Shown piece after piece: positions 62,201 to 64,000 of a DNA stretch of 64,000 bases. The notes beneath the pieces were generated by a model. That model had not been told where the DNA came from. It worked only from the letters and a program-made list of their open reading frames with translations, and ran no database searches. This DNA is from Euglena gracilis (lineage: Eukaryota): the NCBI GenBank assembly GCA_039621445.1, contig CP154954.1:18338642-18402641 (forward strand). The letters run 5' to 3'. Within the stretch, counting starts at the first letter, position 1. Every line of letters begins with the position of its first letter. The position numbers and the translations under genes were made by a program.

Positions 62201-64000
62201 GGCAGGGAGGTGCGAACGTATTTGCCCTAGGATGCTGGCAATTTTTCTGCAAGAAAGGCTTTGAGCTAAGACCACTTTCCCCAGTTCCTTTCTGATGATT
62301 TTTAATTTTCCAGCTGGCACCTCCAGCAGCCACTCCTGCAGGTGGATGATGAACCCCAGGTGCTGCAGCTTTTCAGTGGGGGAGAGAATGGATTTTTTCA
62401 GGTTTATTTTGAAACCTGCAGAGCACAGATTGTTGATCATCATGGCCAGTTGCTCTTTTACCAAATTTTCTGAGGAACCAATTAGAATGATGTCGTCCAA
62501 ATAAACGAATGCCATGAGCCGATTTGATATCCAGAGTCTTTGGAGCACTTTCATGAGGGACATGAAAATTTCTGGAAGAGTGCTTAGACCAAAACAAGCA
62601 CCTTGAAACTCCCACAGCCTTCCCCCTACTTCCATCCTTACAATTTTTTTGAAAATTTCTTGAAGGGCCAGGTGAAAGTAGGCATCTTTGAGATCCAGCT
62701 TTGCAGCATACCAGCCTTGCTTTAGGAGAGGAAAAATGGTGGAGATGTTTTCCAAGGTGAATTTTTTTGGGGAACAGTAAAGATTGAGTTGCCTGCAGTC
62801 TGCAATGAGACGATGTTTTACCCCCTCCCCTTCTGGTCTGCTCAACAAAAACCAGGGAACCAGATGCCTGGTGTTTTGCGGATATGTAACCACTTTGACA
62901 GCTCCTGATTTTTTGTAATCCTTCAAAATTTCTGTGGCCAGTAAAGTTTTTGGCTTGTTCTTTTGATGTGGACAGGTGGAAAGCTTTTCTGGAAGGGGTC
63001 GATCTGGTCCCACCCCTTGTCGGATCATTCGCACCACTTTGGTGTGAGCGTGGGTTTTCAACCAGGGGAGACATTCTCTCAACCTCTGAAAGACAGGGGA
63101 ATCTTTCCATCTTTCCTCCTGACTTAGGATTATCCTTACAACCCCCTCTTCCCACTCCCCTGGCTGCTGCTGCAGATTGGGGCTCTGGGCCCCCTGGTTG
63201 GGGCTGGCTGATATGGAACATGAGGTTGTGGGACAAGGTAATGGTTGTGGGGCATCTTGCTCCTTCCAGATCCTGATGGCTTGACTCCTGTTCACCCCAA
63301 TCTGGGGTCTGTCTGGTGCCCTCTCCAGGGGCCTGGGTGTCAGGGCTTCCCTCTGCCCTTTCTCCTGCAGTGGAAATGTAGGGAAGAATGAGATTTGATT
63401 GGGTGCCATACCCTTTGGAGGTCCAGGGACTTCTCCATACTGGGCTGCCATAGCCTCCCCTGCCACCCTTGAATCCTCCTTTGAAACCCTTGAATCCTGC
63501 TTAAAATTTCCAGCCTCGGCTGCCTGTGGGGGTGGGAAAATGCCACCATTCCACCCGACCCACTGGTGTGTGCATACCAGCAATGTTCAGCTGTTGCTGA
63601 GTCCTCTCCACCCGAAGATCTTCTTTTGAAAATAGACCGTTTGATGTTGAAGGTATGGATCCTGGAACACTTCGACGTTTCCGTTCTCGTAGAAGGCCTT
63701 GTTCTAATTCCGCCATGGCGAAGAAGAGCTGCTGGAAGAGGACTCTGTAGTCCTCTGGCAAAGTATCCACTTGACTGTAGATGGTGGCCATCATCCTCAT
63801 CAAGTGTATGACCCTTTGTTGAACACCTTTCAGCATCTTGTCCATGGGTGCTTTGGCATCCTGGTTGTGGTTGTTGTCCTCGGCGCGCATTTTCAGGTCC
63901 TGGAAGAGTGGCAGCTCGTGGAGGACTTGTTTCCAGGGTGACCTTGTACCTGCCGCCGCCTGCTTGAGGCAGGCCGACAGCCCTTGAGGGAGGGGGGTCG
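59233..64000 (-). mobile_element. DIRS1-like tyrosine-recombinase retrotransposon (gag-like, RT, RNase H, Dam-like methyltransferase, YR), frameshifted, runs off the window
   Basis: LDLKDAYFH, FGLS, YLDD; HSDSS/HINVKEL/VDN (RNase H); DMFA...YANPP (MT); HSTRGAG...LGQWKN...SAH|Y (YR); gag-like ORF 63501-63890; 3' inverted repeat 59332-59382 / 59777-59826. Confidence 0.9.
59928..60387. mobile_element. TA-flanked MITE inserted in the DIRS YR gene
   Basis: ACCCCCAAAA..AATAAGACC / GGTCTTATTTTGGGGG..GT ends; relative at ~4648-4938. Confidence 0.8.

Overview
Eukaryotic, repeat-dense nuclear DNA, very probably from a euglenid (Euglena-like): most introns that can be reconstructed are non-GT-AG 'nonconventional' introns whose ends base-pair (CAG at +4..+6, CTG at -8..-6). 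Main contents: (1) a ~37 kb minus-strand multi-exon gene (41374->3900) with a SPRY/B30.2-like N-terminus, two [SH3-like + MIB/HERC2] repeats, a Pro-rich linker, a SAM domain and a C-terminal R-S-E ADP-ribosyltransferase (ART); (2) the last two exons of an ART paralog (44949-45919); (3) a plus-strand M43 (pappalysin/ulilysin-like) metalloprotease gene with EGF-like segments and a hydrophobic C-terminus; (4) a decayed CRE-like non-LTR retrotransposon fragment inside nested TIR elements; (5) a DIRS-type tyrosine-recombinase retrotransposon running off the right end; (6) many MITEs and long microsatellites. Key observation: a MITE class with CAG...CTG termini and 8-bp target-site duplications (TSDs) has exactly the geometry of the nonconventional introns (3 nt + stem + 5 nt = element plus one TSD copy). 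At least two such MITEs sit inside coding sequence, where only this excision restores the frame, suggesting an introner-like system. All splice models are manual inferences without transcript data.
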